This document shows, in pieces, positions 56,382-59,236 of a stretch of 59,236 nucleotides of DNA (position 1 is its first letter; every line of letters starts with the position of its first letter). This stretch comes from a virus. Taxonomy: Duplodnaviria; Caudoviricetes. The notes beneath the pieces were generated by a model. The model saw only the letters and a program-made list of their open reading frames with translations. It ran no database searches and was not told the origin of the DNA. The translations under genes and the position numbers were made by a program. Location: IMG/VR virus record IMGVR_UViG_3300025102_006169, positions 1 to 59,236 of that record; one strand, given 5' to 3'.

Positions 56382-57146
56382 TCATCTGCAATGTTCTGTT
56401 TTATAAAAATCACAGTATTTACAAGATAATCTATTCTTAATAGAAATCTTTCTCTTTATATTAATAACCGCTTTTTCGAGGAATGTCAAGGCATTTTTTA
56501 CTTTTATTTTGCCGCTTGTAACTCGAAAAATCTCTACATTGTTCTTCTTGGCGGTTCTCTTAAGAAGACCAAAGTGTGTTTCGATCTTGTCAATCGGGAT
56601 GTTGTGTTTCTTACCCCAGAAGACTTTGTATAGGGTCAACTGATAGTTGATGATCTTATCCGCTTTCTTTCTGGCGTCCCAGCCCCATCCACAAGTCTTC
56701 CAGTCAAGGATGTGATACTTACCATCCTTAGTCTTGACAACGAGGTCTATGAAGCCTTTAAACTTCAAATCGTGGCCCTCGATGTCCTCGTAAAGCATTT
56801 CTTCTGTGGAGATAACCTCACAGTCCTCGAAGTAGTTGTCAAGCTCTTCACGAAACGACGAAACGATGGGCACATACTGGCCCATCATTTGCTCTCGTAG
56901 GGTCTTGTCGATCTCTACTTCTTTCTTTTCTAATGAAACGATTTCTTTTTCGAACTCTTCCAGAAAGTGTTTCTCTCTATTCAAATTCTCATTTAGTAGC
57001 CCATGTTCACAAACACTATGAATCGCAGTTCCAAAAGCAGTGTGTAGATTGCCTTTGAAGCCTGCGATCTTTTCGACGTATTGCAGTCGGTGTTTGTGTG
57101 GGCACTCGTTCCAAGTTTTTATCTCTGAATAAGAGACATGTGCCAT
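56382..57146 (-). CDS. PD-(D/E)XK nuclease, Cas4/RecB-like, with four-Cys (probable Fe-S) signature
   Basis: SYS...ECP, FGTAIH, GFIDLV, ILDWKT, QLTLY, C-terminal CKYCDF....C. Confidence 0.85.
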   Translation of the reverse strand: MAHVSYSEIKTWNECPHKHRLQYVEKIAGFKGNLHTAFGTAIHSVCEHGLLNENLNREKHFLEEFEKEIVSLEKKEVEIDKTLREQMMGQYVPIVSSFREELDNYFEDCEVISTEEMLYEDIEGHDLKFKGFIDLVVKTKDGKYHILDWKTCGWGWDARKKADKIINYQLTLYKVFWGKKHNIPIDKIETHFGLLKRTAKKNNVEIFRVTSGKIKVKNALTFLEKAVINIKRKISIKNRLSCKYCDFYKTEHCR

Positions 57147-57503
57147 TTATTCCTCAGTTGGAGTTGGAGCCGGTGTGGTTATTTTTCGGCTTCTGCGGCG
57201 CCGTGTAGTTTTGGGCTTTGCAGTCTCTTTCTTTAATGTAACCTTTTTTGCAGGCTTGTCAACAGGAATTTTAAAAATCCATTCATTTTCTCTGGTCACA
57301 TGGCGCCAATTATAAATTCTATTATTAGGCGTAAAACATTTACCATGCTTTATCTTTTTTTCTTTCAGCATTTTCGAAATGTCTTCAGTTGTCAGAGTAA
57401 CTCTGGGTTTGCCATCGACATTAATGCCTTTATAAGCTTCAATTTTTACTTTTACAAACAATTTATTGTCTTTTTCAAATGTTTCAAATAATTCAATCTT
57501 CAT
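57147..57503 (-). CDS. hypothetical protein with basic C-terminal tail (118 aa)
   Basis: ATG at 57503 after GAGGGAG; K/R-rich tail KPKTTRRRRSRK. Confidence 0.6.
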   Translation of the reverse strand: MKIELFETFEKDNKLFVKVKIEAYKGINVDGKPRVTLTTEDISKMLKEKKIKHGKCFTPNNRIYNWRHVTRENEWIFKIPVDKPAKKVTLKKETAKPKTTRRRRSRKITTPAPTPTEE

Positions 57504-58185
57504 GGAAAATAACTCCCTCAATTTTACTAAATAGTATCGGACTTATCTTTTTGATTAGATCACTGTTGCCTAAAAAGTAATCTTCAACACCTGAAGCCCA
57601 ATACTCCCTAAGACTAGTTATAGCATACGGTGTATGAAATAACCCATTCGACAAAGATCTAAGATTTGGATATCCAACACTTTTATACAAAAATAAATCA
57701 AATTCTGTGTTATATTCAGTATTCAAAAAATCATGTTCTGTGTCAAAACCCTCTGCATCTAGGATTGATTTGAGCCTTAGTCTTTTTCCTAAAAATTCAG
57801 AGTGTAGCCTATTGTCACCATAGATAAAATAGCCCATAGAATTTTCTAGCGAGTGTGCTGTTTCATGCAGTATGTTTTCCAATAGGTCTCTATCACTAAT
57901 TATTTTGTTGCTAACATAAATGGCACCGTCTTGATATGCAGCTTCAAGATCTCGATCATCTAAAAAATCAAATGTACCAACAATTACTGTATCTATCTCC
58001 TCAAATAAGTGAGGAGGCATGGTTTCTTCTATTTTGTCAATTACATTTTGTACATTTACATCGCCAATAAAAGAATCCTGAACATACACCAATTTTCCAA
58101 ATAATTTAAATTCTTTTCGAAACACTTTCTCCTTTGAAAAAGAATTTTTTATTATTTCTTCTATACTAGCTCTGTATTTATCCAT
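57493..58185 (-). CDS. putative zincin-like metallopeptidase (HExxH)
   Basis: ILHETAHSLE plus downstream LREYWASGVEDYF (possible third-ligand Glu). Confidence 0.55.
   Translation of the reverse strand: MDKYRASIEEIIKNSFSKEKVFRKEFKLFGKLVYVQDSFIGDVNVQNVIDKIEETMPPHLFEEIDTVIVGTFDFLDDRDLEAAYQDGAIYVSNKIISDRDLLENILHETAHSLENSMGYFIYGDNRLHSEFLGKRLRLKSILDAEGFDTEHDFLNTEYNTEFDLFLYKSVGYPNLRSLSNGLFHTPYAITSLREYWASGVEDYFLGNSDLIKKISPILFSKIEGVIFHED
57528..57535 (-). promoter_or_regulatory. candidate late-promoter motif ACTATTTA upstream of the nuclease/glycan operon
   Basis: Same octamer as at 4709 and 25614, 25 nt before ATG 57503, but inside the 3' end of the upstream CDS. Confidence 0.3.
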
Positions 58186-58506
58186 CTATTGATTGGTTTC
58201 AGATGCAGCCATTTCTTTACCAGATTCTATGTCGGCAAATGCTTGTCGATAACCTCTAATAAAATTTTCTTCTGCAACAGCTAATAGAAACTCAGGAAAG
58301 TCGCGGGCCATACAGTCTACTATCATCTCAACTGTAACATCTCCGTCCCAACCAATCTTTTTATTAAGATCAGTCTCTGCTTTTGTTAGTTCAGCTTCAA
58401 ATTCATTACCAACATAATCAACTAACCACTCTTTAAGAACGTTAGATTTTTCAACTTTACTCATAAGCTCAGGGTTCATTTCCCTGTCAGATTCTGCAAT
58501 AAGCAT
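58186..58506 (-). CDS. hypothetical protein (106 aa)
   Basis: AAGGAG RBS; first gene after the sigma70 promoter. Confidence 0.7.
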   Translation of the reverse strand: MLIAESDREMNPELMSKVEKSNVLKEWLVDYVGNEFEAELTKAETDLNKKIGWDGDVTVEMIVDCMARDFPEFLLAVAEENFIRGYRQAFADIESGKEMAASETNQ

Positions 58507-58528
58507 TAATTTGCTCCTTTGTTACTTT

Positions 58529-58557
58529 ATTATAACCACATTTATGTTCTATGTCAA
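58529..58557 (-). promoter_or_regulatory. consensus sigma70 promoter TTGACA-17 nt-TATAAT
   Basis: Minus strand TTGACA tagaacataaatgtggt TATAAT in the intergenic gap after phoH, with an AT-rich upstream tract and AAGGAG RBS downstream. Confidence 0.85.
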
Positions 58558-58565
58558 GAAAAAAT

Positions 58566-59236
58566 TTATAAAACCTTTGCTGCCAACGTTGCAACCTTAG
58601 ATCTTTCACCCTTTCTTAATGTAATGTGGCCGGTGATTTCATGCTCTTTCATTTTCTCAACGGCGTGAGTTAATCCAGAAGACATCTCATTGATGTAGAT
58701 GTTATCTATCTGTTCTACATCGCCCGTGAGGACAATCTTAGTCCCTTCCCCTACTCGGGTTAGGATAGTCTTGATCTCGTGCGCTGTGAGGTTCTGAGCC
58801 TCATCAATGACGATGAATGCGTTGGCGATAGAGCGACCACGAATGTATGTAAGTGCTTCAATCTCAATCAGGCCTCGTTGCATATAATCTTCAAGTGTCG
58901 TTTGATCATCACCTGTCAAGAACTTCAAATTATCCTGAACTGGTGCGAGCCAAGGAGCCATCTTTTCTTCTAATGAACCCGGTAAAAAACCTATATCCTT
59001 GCCCATAGGCATAACTGGGCGGGACACAACCAGTTTTTTGTACGGAGTGCGACAGTATGAATCGTCTTTTAACTTATCTTTGATGTTAAGGTTCGAAACG
59101 ACCTGCTCCAACCCAGCGGCGATCGCCATTAGGGTTTTACCTGAACCAGCTTTACCTACAAGTGATACTACCTCTATACTTGGATCCATTAACAGGTCTA
59201 ACGCAAAGGTTTGCTCTTTATTTCGGGCTTTTACAC
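58566..59236 (-). CDS. phoH: PhoH-family ATPase, partial; 5' end beyond window
   Basis: Frame open to the window edge (VKARNKEQTFALDLLMDP); GKAGSGKT Walker A, IGFLPG, YIRGRS, IDEAQN, TGDVEQID. Confidence 0.95.
   Translation of the reverse strand, partial: VKARNKEQTFALDLLMDPSIEVVSLVGKAGSGKTLMAIAAGLEQVVSNLNIKDKLKDDSYCRTPYKKLVVSRPVMPMGKDIGFLPGSLEEKMAPWLAPVQDNLKFLTGDDQTTLEDYMQRGLIEIEALTYIRGRSIANAFIVIDEAQNLTAHEIKTILTRVGEGTKIVLTGDVEQIDNIYINEMSSGLTHAVEKMKEHEITGHITLRKGERSKVATLAAKVL

Noticed and set aside
56382-57146. CRISPR-Cas system suggested by the Cas4-like gene
   Set aside because: No repeat-spacer array or other cas genes seen in the window.
37520-57521. Longer ORF-track starts at 37798, 38021, 44720, 47023, 55130 and 57521
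   Set aside because: Downstream starts (37774, 37976, 44687, 46978, 55109, 57503) fit RBS position, stop/start coupling or family N-termini better.
343-58973. Numerous plus-strand and short nested minus-strand ORFs in the track (e.g. 2094..2549, 7995..8516, 11151..11747, 31789..32289)
   Set aside because: They lie wholly opposite or inside long motif-bearing minus-strand genes and show no recognisable motifs; treated as shadow ORFs.
1-59236. Stop-codon reassignment, tRNA genes, introns or inteins
   Set aside because: Long ORFs are intact under the standard code and TAA, TAG and TGA all end genes; intergenic gaps are under ~60 nt; no intein or cloverleaf signatures noticed by eye.

Overview
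This 59 kb window is a fragment of a large, probably uncultured contractile-tailed (myovirus-like) bacteriophage genome. Every credible gene is on the minus strand, tightly packed, read with the standard bacterial code, and many have GGAG Shine-Dalgarno sites. In transcription order (right to left) it holds: partial PhoH; a near-perfect sigma70 promoter ahead of small genes (HExxH protein, Cas4-like PD-(D/E)XK nuclease); a ~18.4 kb, 21-gene glycan cluster (about 9 glycosyltransferase-like genes including a GT29 sialyltransferase-like enzyme, 4 methyltransferases including a plant-like DUF579 enzyme, HpcH aldolase, CMP-ulosonate synthetase, SIS-HAD fusion, kinase, nucleotidyltransferase-HAD, epimerase, UDP-sugar dehydrogenase); an FmdB zinc ribbon and a gp55-like late sigma factor; a ~35 kb tail/baseplate module (split gp5-like genes, a 2613 aa protein, gp25- and gp6-like wedge proteins, a DNRLRE-like protein, a 3399 aa LamG protein, paralogous collar/fibre-like proteins); then a RuvC-like resolvase and a partial primase. 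The best candidate for a new system is phage-encoded virion O-glycosylation. The glycan cluster lacks any membrane or export genes, a candidate late-promoter motif lies upstream of it, and four virion proteins are strongly enriched in a recurrent [S/T]-[G/A/S]-S tripeptide that could be the acceptor sequon. All product calls come from motif recognition by eye; no database searches were run and motif counts are hand counts.
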